Positions 51,001-63,000 of a stretch of DNA of 64,000 nt are shown in pieces. The DNA is from an uncultured Planctomycetia bacterium (GTDB taxonomy: Bacteria; Omnitrophota; Gorgyraeia; 2-02-FULL-51-18): contig CAZSGP010000002.1 of the NCBI GenBank assembly GCA_964606485.1, positions 319,620-383,619 on the forward strand, given 5' to 3'. The notes below the pieces were generated by a model. It did not search any database, was not told where the DNA came from, and worked only from the letters and a program-made list of their open reading frames with translations. Positions within the stretch are counted from its first letter, which is position 1; each line of letters begins with the position of its first letter. The translations under genes were made by a program, and so were the position numbers.

Positions 51001-54000
51001 AGGATCAAGCTCGCTAGTCAGGGAATTAAAATGTTTTTTTGCCGCGTCGTCGGCTAATGATGCAACCGCGTCGAACTTTTGGCTGACGGAGTTTTTAAGC
51101 TGTCGATCGACAACGGGCACAAATTCTTCTTTTAAGTCTTCAGGGAAGTATTTCCGGTAAACATCTTCAGGAGTAATTGAGTCGACGTATTTTTTGGCTA
51201 GGTCATAAGCGGCCTTCGCTTTTTTGGTGCGTTCAGAACCGGTTATTCGCCCGACCCAACTATCCTTAATTTCCGCCAAGGGAAGCAGAGCGACTTCATT
51301 GTTTTGGGCGACGGCGTCCACTGCCAAGTCATAAATTTCCTTATCACTAGCCCAGTGGACAGGCTCGTTGTCCTTTTCTGCTAAAAAGTCGGCCAAACGA
51401 AGAATTTCAAATCCACTGAGAGAATATTTTTTCCCATAGGGATATGCGGCTTCCAAAAACGAAATTAGTCTTGTTGAACTATTATTCATTCTACCAAGCG
51501 CTTGTATAGCGCTTTCACTTACGATTTTATATTTATCATTTAATAGCTCAATGAGCGCAAGAGCAATATTTGGTGCTACAGGGCCGATCCTGCCAAGAGC
51601 AAAAGCAGCTTCTAAACGAACAGATGGATCCTCGTCTTTTAACGCTTCAATCAGAGCAGGGATGACTTCTTTGGCGGCGGGGCCAATCTGTCCGAGGGTG
51701 ATGGCAGCATTTCTGCGGACAACCCGATCCTTGTCTTTTAATGCTTCAATCAGTGCAGGGATGGGTTCTTCGGCAGTGGGATCAATCTTACCGAGAGCAA
51801 CAATAGCTTGACTGTTACCCAGATCTTCGTCCTTTGACGCTTCAACTAGAGCGGGGATGGCTTCTTGGGCGGCGGGGCCGATTTTGCCGAGAGACTCGGC
51901 GGCGTAGTGACGGACAAGCCAATCTTTGTCTTTTAATGCTTCGATCAACGCTGGAACAACTTCTCTGGCGGCGGGGCCAATCTGTCCGAGGGCGGTGGCA
52001 GCATTTCTGCGGACAGTCGGATCTTTGTCTTTTGATGCTTCGATCAACGCTGGAATGACTTCTTTGGTAGCGGCACCTATCCTGCCGAGAGTTAGGACAT
52101 CACCGTGGCGCATAACCCCGCTCTCGTCTTTCAATCTTTCAAGGAGCGTAGGGATGGCTTCTTTGGCGGCGGGGCCGATTTTGCCGAGAGCAATGTATGC
52201 ATAACCCTCTTCATCTTTCAATGCTTCGATCAACGCTGGAATGACTTCTTTGGTAGCAGGTCCGATCTCTCCGAGAGCAATGGCGGCGCTTCTACGTAGA
52301 TGCAGATTTTTGTCTTTCAATGCTTCAATCAGAGCAGGGATGGCTTCTTGGGCAGAGGGCCCCATCTCCGCAAGGGTCCGCGCAGAACGAACGCGAATAT
52401 TTCCATCTTCATTTTTTAAATCTTCTATTAATTTTTTGATTTCATCGGATCCGGCCATCCGCGCGCCAACTTGGTTAGCTGAAATTTTTTCCAAATCACT
52501 CTGAATAGGAAACCGGACCGCATGCATCCAATAGGAAGAATCGCCTGACGGGCGAGCGGCTATATATTCAGCGAGCGCCTCTTTAAAGGAAGGCGCAATA
52601 ACTCTATGCGTCTCTTTTTTGGAGTCTACAGTAATTTCTTTTTGTTTTTTCACGACGATCACTTTTTTAAAATCGTTACCCATCACCCTGCTGGCCATAT
52701 CCAGCATCGTTTCTGGTACAAAAAATACGTCAATGGCAGAAGCGGAGACTGAGCCCTCCCTCTCCACTTCGGTCTTACCCAAGCGAACGTAAGGAAGCTT
52801 CGCATCCTTAAAAATTTGCATAACAATGATGGTGTGATTTAATCTTTCGCGCACATCCTCGTCGGTGGAATCATTTTCCACCACTACCGGTAACATTGAA
52901 AAAGGGGATCGGTCTCCGAGCGCCCGATCCAGATTTTGGTCTACGTCCTTCGATGCAGGCATAGCCACTCCATACACGCGGTCGTCATAGATCAAATCTC
53001 CACCTGCGTCCGGATAATCCAAATCCCGCGAAAATGCGAAGATCGTATCCGGTCTCTTTTCCATTATCGCCCGCCTCGATAAAATCCCATGCGTCATAAT
53101 ACTTTTCATATGTTTTTCGCGCGCTTTGTCAATTGATACATCAGCCATCCGCGCGCCGAAACCTTCGCTTTGGTCCACCCAATCCATACTAGCTCGAAAT
53201 ATCTCACCGATTTCAGGATCGTTTTTTAATTGGCTGATGACGCTCCGAGCTTTCTTAGAAACATCCGACAGGCTTGTCCGGGCGATATTGTTCAGGAAAA
53301 TGTAATTGTTCATTTGATAGTTGGTAGAAGTGTTTTTAGCTGGGAATTTGATCAATAAATGGGCATATTCCATGTCTTTTTCATCAAAAATATCGGGACT
53401 TGCGATTGATAGCGCCGGGAGAAGGTCCGACAATATTTCCTTTTCAAGGTAACTTAGATTGGCGGGCGCCTTTCTTTCGGATTGAATTCGCGCCAAGATC
53501 CGATAGGCCGCTTTTTTGTCACGGGAAAGCTGAAAATATTCATCAATTGCCTGTCTTGCAACAATCCGCTCCTTGTCTGTGCTGGCTAAATTGAAATAGG
53601 TTTCAATGCAGGTTGAATCGAGCGGATTGACGACACGCGCAACCGACTCTTGGAGTGCTGTCGTGACCGGCTCGCCCACAGCCGGCTTGCTGCTGTCTGA
53701 CAACCAAAAATAAATCTGCGCGGCGAGCAAAGGAACGGGTCCCATTAAAATGAAAACCTTCACAGCTGTAAGCGCATAAAGCCCCGTAAATAGAAGTGTT
53801 GTTCTTAGGAACAGTGTGAAGGCAATATCCTCAAGGCGGGTCTCTTTGCTGGTCGCCATCCCTGCCTGTCCGGCAGACAAACGCGCGCCGGCTAGAACTC
53901 TATTTAATTCATGCGGAAATTGTATGGGTGCATGCAAATGAACCGTCTCGTTTGTCGGTTCGATGTGAATAGTGTTTGGGGCTATAACCGAGAATTTAAC

Positions 54001-57000
54001 CCCCTCTCTAAAAATTCCTTTTTCAGCCCAATCTTGAAGCGCTTTGCTTACAAGCTCGGTGTCTTTAGTAGGATCTTTAAGGAGACTGAGATAGATTTTG
54101 TCTGATCCGAGTTGGATATACGGGCCCTTTAATGAGTCTTCGCCTTTGGTGATTAAATTAGCATTTTGAGTGGGCGTGCCGGAAAGGCGCGCGCCGGAAT
54201 TGAGCGCCGACAAATCCACATTCACCATGCGGTTTATAGCCGCTCCGACCGGGCGCAGTTTGGCTTCGATGACCACGGGCCTTGGGTAATCTTCGGAGCC
54301 GCTCGCTGGAAGCCACATGAGATCAATTTGGCCATCTAATTCAAATCCGTCCGGGACACCGATTGCTTTAAGCCTTTGGGACAAATAACGAACCTCGGCC
54401 TTAACCTGTTCATCCATCTGCTTGGAAAAACCGTCTTTTTTGCCTTCCGAAATCCCTGCCGCTTCATAAAGCGGCGCGTAAATAGTGGGCCAATAATCTT
54501 TCTGGGTCTGAGCTTCTCCGGTAATAAATGTAAAATACGACGAGCTCCCGACACGCGAATGCCAACCGCTCAAATTTTTATCCCCGTCCCTTTCTTTGAG
54601 CAGCACCACGTCGCCGCCGACCGTAAATTGATAGCGCGTCCTTAGCTCCAGCGCTTTACCGTGATAACGCAAAACGGGTGACAATGTCTCAGCCACTCCG
54701 TAATTCTCTCCTATAAACAATTCCCAAAATTCCCGCAATCGGCTAGCCGCATCTTCTCTACTAGCGTCAATAACCAATTGCGTGATTTCTTCAGACGGCT
54801 TGTCTAGGACTGGCACCTTACGGAAAGAAAAATGAGCCTTTACGCGCTGCAATTGATCATCAGACGCGATCGAGCGGTAATCGGCAAACGTGATCACAAA
54901 CGCTCCTTCCTGATTTTTTTCAATCATAAATATGCCATTTCCCATGCTCATCGAATTCGCTTTAACCACGATTGGCAGAGCGCGCGCGCCGCTCATAATT
55001 TCATCGAGCAGTTGGCGCGGTGTTCTGCTTCCTCCAGACGGAATCAGCTCAAGAACAGGCTGTTCCTCAAGAAGGCGGATGTGAAAGGGCTCCGGACCCT
55101 GCCATGATCCATTTACAAAGCGCTTTCCAAAAACCACGTATTCCGGTTGAATCATCGGACCCCCATCCAACAGGCGACGCATTTCGTATTTTCTCGAAAA
55201 CGTCTGAATTAGATTGTCGAATGGCACTTCACTAGCCGACAAGCGGGCACCCGATGATAATGCATCGGTCGGCCTCTGAACTAAAATCTGTCCCGGCTCG
55301 GTTAACCAATGCGTACTAGAGGACTTATTGGAGTCGGTGAAATAAGGCAACGCTAGACTCATATTCTTCGAAATAATCCCAGCGAGTGTTTTCACCTCTG
55401 AGACACTGTTTAGCAATACCTCTTTTTTAAATGTTCTATGAGAAAGAAGATGGGAAATTTTACCGATGCGAGGCTGATTGACGCCGGCCAACCATATTTT
55501 TAATTTTTGGTCCGGCTCTACCAGTATGGTGTAATAACTATCCCTGTAATTAGACTGGACGTAAATTAAGGTCCCTGGTATTTCATCGAATAAATTTAGA
55601 AATTCAACCTCATCCGGCTTCCGGGACGTGTCAAACTTAGGCGCCGCCTCGCTCGAAGAACCTGGAGCCCATGGTCCCGCAGACATCTCGGGATTATGAA
55701 ATTCATAAAACACTTGCCTTAGATATAACTGGCTCATAGCGACAAGCGGTACAGCAGCCGCCAGAACATCAATCCCTACGATGATAGCCGCAAACAATGG
55801 CATACCAAAATAAATCAATCCCAATGAGGTTATTCCGCCAAAAATAATACCCGCACCCCAATAGGCCAAGCGATTTTCATCTATTGAAATACCCAGAAGA
55901 ACATGGGTGGGTATTTCAGCCATCCTCGCCCCGTCCGGCAGGCGGTCTTTAGGAATCTCGTTACGATTTAGAAGATTTAGCTCTCTCTGGACTGCCTGAA
56001 CCGCTTCTTCCAAAAATTTTTTAAATTGATCTCCTGAATAATCTTTCTGTATTGCCTCTACCATTTTCTTCGACTCTTGGGCTAACGCTTTGGCCTTAGC
56101 CCAGTCCTTTGCTTCTTTCCTCACTGCATTGCGGTCCCCTTGAATTTTTTCATAAGCTCGATCCAACTTGGATGAAAAACGGCTATCCTCAATCAGCTCG
56201 GCTTCGGCGATATCTCCCTTAATCGCCGCAAATATTTGAAGCGCCATCCACATTTTTAAAACGACGCGGCCCCGAATGAATTGCCCCGGCCTCCAGGAAA
56301 CTAGGTATGCGTCCGCCATTTTTTCGGCTGTGACCAAGTCCATGGCTTCGATCCCGCGCTTGTTCAGCGCTCTGTACAAATTCAGAAAAACAATCTTGTG
56401 TTTCAAATCCGGTATGGATTCGACACTTTCAACAAGTTCCTTCGACGTTTTTTCATCCATCTCGGTCTTTATGGACTTTAGATTTTCGATCAACGATTCT
56501 AATTTCAAGACGTTCTCTTGGCTTAATTCATCAAAAAGCACCTGTTTTAATTTTGGGTTGGCGCTACTCCACTTTAAAACCGTTTTCATGGTCTCGGGTT
56601 CAACGTTTTCAAGCAGCGCCGCCGGCCCCCCACGCTGGCGCACCGTTTTCAAATCACCCGATTCATTGTAGGCAATCGCGGTGACAAAATTGGGGACGGT
56701 TTTTGAATCAAATAGACCTTTAAAATAGCGGTAGTACACCACCTCGTTCTCTTCCAAAACTTTTTGGTAGTTCTGAGCGACCGGACTCGTCAAGACAGTC
56801 TTTAAGGGGCTTGGCTCGGCGGGCGCCATCGCCTGGGAAGCCTCGGGCGACTGAGAAGACTCGACGGATTCTTGGTAATGGATGGAGGCTTGGGTCAATA
56901 AATGCGAGGTAGAAATTGGTAAAAGCGCTAAAAATAAACCGATCGTGAAAGGAAGCATTCGTCTAAGCAATTGATTCTGAGAGTTTGCCGCAATGATAAT

Positions 57001-60000
57001 TCCCAAATAAACGAGCGCTGTGCAAAGCACTCCGGGAATTCCTAAAGCCGTGTACGCTGAAAGCGCTCCGACAAGCATGCTCGCGGAGGCAGCGCTAAAG
57101 TTTGCCGGGCTAAGAGATGCGAATCGTGCACCGGCGGCCTTCAGAAAATTTATTCTTTTAGCCATTTCTGCCGACCGGCCAAAATCTGCCGCCAATCGCG
57201 GCGCAGTCACTGAGAGCTCCGGATCGTTTTTAAAATATTCTGAAATGTATGAATAAATATCGGCAATAGCATTTCTAATTTTTTGCTGTACTTGCTCTGG
57301 GGTGGCTTCGGCTGCATCCCGGCTCCACAGCTGCGCGACGGCACGAAGGCTTTTCTCATCAACAAGGTCCGTTTGTCCGCTTGCAACTTTCAGCGCCCCC
57401 CTAAACTTCAGCAGAAGGGCGTATTCCTCAATAACCTTCTGGCTTTTTGGAAGTCTTTCCAAAACCTCAAAAGAGCTCGAAAAAGAACGCAACTCAGGAT
57501 GCCGGCTTTTTTCATGCCAAACCAGAAAATGAATGGCGCGGATCACGGCCAATTTTATATTCAATTCTTTTGCGCCCGAAATGACCGGGGTTTGAACACT
57601 GTCTAATTCCTCCAAAAGTGCCTTCTGATGATCACTTCGAGAACTTCCATAGAGATTGTTAGCAACAATCCGTTGAATCAGCACCTGGTCATACTGGTCC
57701 CTGCTACCCGCCACAAAATAAATATCCCGAAACGTAGTCGGCGTGTTGCTGGGAACCTCTATATCGGCATCAATGGCTGGTTCGTATCTTTTTTCAAAAG
57801 GCGCCCATATTTCTTTTGCGCCACCCAGCTCTTCCAGAGATAGAAAATATTTATCCCCCAAACTCTCTTTCATTCCTTCATCCACATCCAGATCCGGCAG
57901 CTTGTATTCATCCACCCACTGCTCAAGCTGAATTTTAATCGCTTCGTGTATTTTTTTTGCATTTTCTTTATTTGCGGCGCTGACCGGAATAACCTTAAAA
58001 TCGATGTCCGAAAAATAAACCAACTCGTCTTTCCGGGCCAAGCTTCCGTAGCTAGCCACCACAAAATCATTCAAATCGACGCCGATCTTTTGCGACACGG
58101 CCTCCGCAGCTAAACGAACGGTTTGATTGAGCCAGCTCGTCATTGAAGTCGAAGCTTTTATCTGCCGCTCCCTATTTATTTCAGGAGCACTCGCTTCAAT
58201 CTCCACATCCCGTTTTAAATCTTTGTAAACTTGAACATGTTGCGCCATTGGATCTTCCGCCAACCGCGCCCCGCTCACGGGCATAAACTTCTCCAAAGCA
58301 GACTTATAAACAAACTCCGGCATCTCACCATCAATCTTGAGCAGTACGATTTCACCACTGGCCACCGCCGCCTTAAAATCGGTTTCATTTGAAATTTTCC
58401 ACCCCATGTTTTGCTCGATGCCAGGGATGAGAACATTTTTTGCTACGTGCCTTCCTTTTCCGGGAGGAATTTTAGAAAGCGCCTCTTTTGTGGGGAAAAT
58501 TCTAAAATGATATTTTTTTCCAAATCTAGCCAGCACATCAAATTCCATCAAGTCTGAATCTGTCTCCACCGTCGCCAGTGTAATTACAGCGCCCTGATCA
58601 AAGCTTTGGCCCTGATGCAATGCGCCGTTCACACCGCTAATCTTAATTTTCCATTGTCCTTCTTCAAAAAAAATCTCCGCATGCTTTCTGGAGATTGTTG
58701 AGCCTGGTATTGATATCTCATTCTCCGGATTCCGCCCAACGAAGTATCTTTTTTCAGGTGTAAGCGTTATAGGCGATCCGCTTGTCGTTGTGACTACTAA
58801 ATTTTTTCCGTCCAAGTGATAACCAAACTTGCCGTCCCCCAAAAACATCTCTTGGGTGGTAGGCTCGGTGGAAGTAGCGGCGGGCGCGCCAAATCGTTTC
58901 CGAAACTCCGCAATCACCGGTATCCTGTTGAGATATTTTTCAGAAACATCGACGTAATTAGTATTGGAGGGGTGCGATTGGCCTGCGTATTCTCTCGCTT
59001 GTTTTCGATACTCATATGCGGGAGTCGTAAAGGACCCACCCTTGACCCATTTTGCCCTTAAACCTAAAACTCCAATTTTACCGGTGGTTTCAATGCTACC
59101 AATCCACGATCTTCCATCTTTATCCGTCATAAAAATAAAACGTAGATTTTTATTGAGCGATCTAAAAACACGCGCGGTGACCATTCCATAAAGATTTGTT
59201 TGCATCGTAGTCTGATCTTTTTTGGGATCGAAACCCTCAAAATTAGGAGCATCCCCCGGGTCCGTAAACCGAACATCTTCGGGCCTCGGTTTTTTCGTAG
59301 AGTCCACCATCCCGAAACGGTCCATCACCAAAGAACCTTCCTTTAACCGCTGCGCGTTCCTGTCGATGGCCATTTTATAAGTCCCCTGTAAATCATAATT
59401 ATTCTGATAATCCCGTGTCGTTCCCGCAAAAATCAACTCTTGAACACGCTTATCTCTTATCTCAACAATTTTCTTTTGCTCGGAAATTTTGTTGAGCGCT
59501 ACTTGAATTTCAAAAGGAAGTGTAATGCTGTCTTCTCCAAAACCTTTGTCATACCAATCAATCTCTCCAAGCCCATCCAAGTAAACACTAGGCAAGTATC
59601 TCCACAATGCTTGGGAATTGCTCAAATAATAAGTTCTCGCCACGTATCTGTTTCCCGCTTTTACATAGGCAATCGCAGCCAGTCGTTTATCTTTCATTTC
59701 AAATAAATTCGATGCAAACAAAAGCACCTGCCCGTCCACATTAACCCGATGCTTGGGAATCATCCCTTCGCGTCTTAGCAAGTCCGTGGTCAAAAATTCA
59801 CCCTTAAAGGACCGTCCGTGAATATCCGTTTTAGCTAAAATCGCAAGCCCTTCTTCAGCGCCAATTTCGACAGGAGCATCGGCCTGGAGCGAAATTTCCT
59901 CATTAACCCCTGCCGGAGAAGCCAAAGAAACGTTAAACCTATCGATCATTTTTTCAACGATATTTTTGATGGCTTCCTTGGCTTGCGCAGGAATGGAGTT

Positions 60001-63000
60001 ATCGAGTGCATAGCTAAAAGCACCATCACCGCTTTCCGCGGAAAGATTACGAATGAGGTGAAGCCGATACTGACCCGGTTTTAGTGCGCTCGCTTTGCCA
60101 ATCGATAAAATATTTCCGTCAATCCCAATAATGACCTCTACGATAATTTTTTTGTACGTATTGCTCGACACAAGAGCGCTTTCGAAATCGTCGGATTTTA
60201 GTTTTTTGACGTTCGTCTGAAGAATGAGCTCGTCATCGTCCTTTAGATTGGCTCTCAGGATCGAAAGCACTTTTGTTTCTCCGGAGTCCATGTCTTCATT
60301 GTCTTGCGTGCGGCGTGAAGCGGCGGCTATTTCGATGAGCGGCAAGTACAAATCTCGAGGCATCCGGTAGGAGGCCACTAATTCATAAAACTCGCCGAGT
60401 TTTCCCGCCTTTGAAGCGTCCTTTAAATCGTCGGATTGTCTCAAGAAAAATTCGATTTCGGACATTTCGGTTAAATTCATTTTTCCGCTAAGATCTTCGA
60501 CTGCTTTTTTAAACAAAGATTGGTCGGCCAGCCATCCCATATCCACAAACTGAAGCGGCGGCACTTTCGTGCCGTTGGTTGATTCCAAATCTTGCACAAC
60601 TACCATCGGCAACCCTTGAGAGGCGTCCAAATGAATTTCAAAATGACGCGTTGAAATTCCAGGATCAGAGAGCTCGCTCGCATCCCGTCCTGCAATAAAT
60701 GGTTTGCCCGTCATAAGTTTCTGGAATGAGGGATCCAGTTCACGCGAATCACCGACTTGCGCATATTTTCTTAAAATAAATTCATCCCCTCTTTTTTCTA
60801 TCGCAAAATCCGTATTGCCTGCCCGCAGCAATGGCCTCGCTCCATCTTCGGTCATTGTCATAAAATAGGGTACGTTCGCGGTGAGGGGGGTTGTGAATAA
60901 ATCACTTGGCGCAAGGGAGGCTAAACGCGAACCGCTTGGAGGAGCGACCTCATCCATTCTCTGCAAAACCAGCTTAATCTGACTCTTTATGCTTTCGGGA
61001 TAACGCCTAAATGAGGGGCTTGTTACAACCGCCTGAACAGATTGCTTGAGCTTTGAAAGATCTTCCTTGGAAAGATTTCTTTCCTCTAGAAATTTATCAA
61101 AAGCTACTGAGATTCCGTTAAAATTTTTAGCTTCTTCCGCCCCAAATCCTGGAAACATCTTTCGCATATCCAGATTTATTTTTGAAATCAAGCTGTTAAA
61201 ATCAAGATATTGCGGCAATCCTAAGTCGAGATACTGAACCTTTGAGACTTCATTCTTTGACTTCACAACAAAATTATCGGGCTTCAAGTCGCCGATCGTG
61301 ATTCCCGTATCTGCATATCTATTGGCTTGGCTTATTAAAAGCCAGGCTCTCACAATAGTTTCGACCACGCTGGCGTATTTATCCCGCGTTATCCCGGTAA
61401 CTGCGCCGATCTCCACGCCGTTTTTCAAATCAACATACTCCCCAACCGTGAACCCCGTATATTTAACGGGCTTCTCGCCGATACCCATCACCAAGGGAAT
61501 GTAGCCATACACCTCGATGGCCACACCGTTTAACTCATTGTATTTCCTGAAAAGCTGCACTTCCTTTTTTGCAGTATCCTCACCGCCATTTTTTATAAAT
61601 CGGATTCCAATAACATGCGATTCGAGCACTCCATCTTTGTTTGAGGCTTCAATTTCCATTCTTAGAACGTATTTATAATTTCCCTCGCCCCCATAGCTAA
61701 TTTTTTTAATTTTTACTTCTTTTAAATTCTGAAGATTCGCCATTTCCAAAATTTTGTCCATATTTGAATAAATGTAGGGGACTGTCGCTTCATAATCCTG
61801 CGGATCAATCCCTTCCAAAATAGAGACCGCCATCCTCGCCCCCGCCGCCTTAAAATCATCCACCACGGCACTCACCTCTTGCGGCGTTGCCCCCGCTTCA
61901 CTTAAAAGCTCCGTAAGCGTACTAGGTCTATTTTCCGCAGCTGCGAGTCGTGCACCGGGGGCCGTCAACACAGGCCGAAGGTCATTATTTTTCTGCCTAC
62001 TTTTAAGCAAATCCTTCTCCAAAGCACTTAAAGGTTTATCCGCATGAGACTCGCCCTGCACCATCTCCACCTTTTTAATTTCTGCGTGCATGGGTTCAAG
62101 CAGCAGCTTTTCATATTTCTTTTGATTCGTTTCTGCCGTCACCACCGGCGTCAGCACCGCGATCGAATACCCCTTTTCGGAAAGGAGTTTCTTTAAATGC
62201 GGCGTGTGATAACCACCCGCGATCATAAACGCGGCATTCGCATTATTTTCAGCGAGCGCTTTTTCGGCATTTTGGAGAAACACGAAATCTCTCTTCGACA
62301 CCGTGTCATAAAAAGCCTCGAGCGACTTACGGCCTTCATCCAAAACCGGTTCAAGCACCAAAAGATCTTCGAAATATCCAAGCTCCGCGAGTTTTCGATT
62401 GATAAATGCTAAATAAGATAATGTTGAGAAATCGGGCTCATTGGCTTTAAACGTTTCAAAATCTTTCGTCGTCATTTGAATTTGGTAGGCTGTTTTGAGG
62501 AGTTTCAGGTAACGGTCGATGGAGCGAATAAGCCTAGTATCACTGGATTGCTTCGCTTCGCTCGCAATGACAGATAAGTAAACTTCGTCTTCGATGGCTT
62601 CCATTTCGCCTAGCAGAACATCCAGATCAATCGCAGAAAAAAACTGCAAGTATTCCGCGTATTTTTCAAGATGCGGAAACTTTTCAAGATTCACTCCCTT
62701 TACCTTTGCCATATTCAATGTGTTTAAAATTGGGCCAAGCCGCGAAAGCTTGTTGTCATTCCCGCGCAAGCGGGAATCAAGTTGATCCCCGCTTAAAGAT
62801 TGCGGGGATGACCGAAGCTCTTCCAACAATGCGGCCAGCTCGAGATTGGAGAGATTGAAATCGATTAATTTTTCCTGAAGCGAAAGCTCAACAAGTTTTT
62901 CAGCATTTGGGTACTTTTCGAGTTCTATTTTATTCTGAGAAGCCATCTCGAGCAGCGCTTTGAATTTTTTCTCAAACGAACTCTCCGCCCCATAAAGCTT

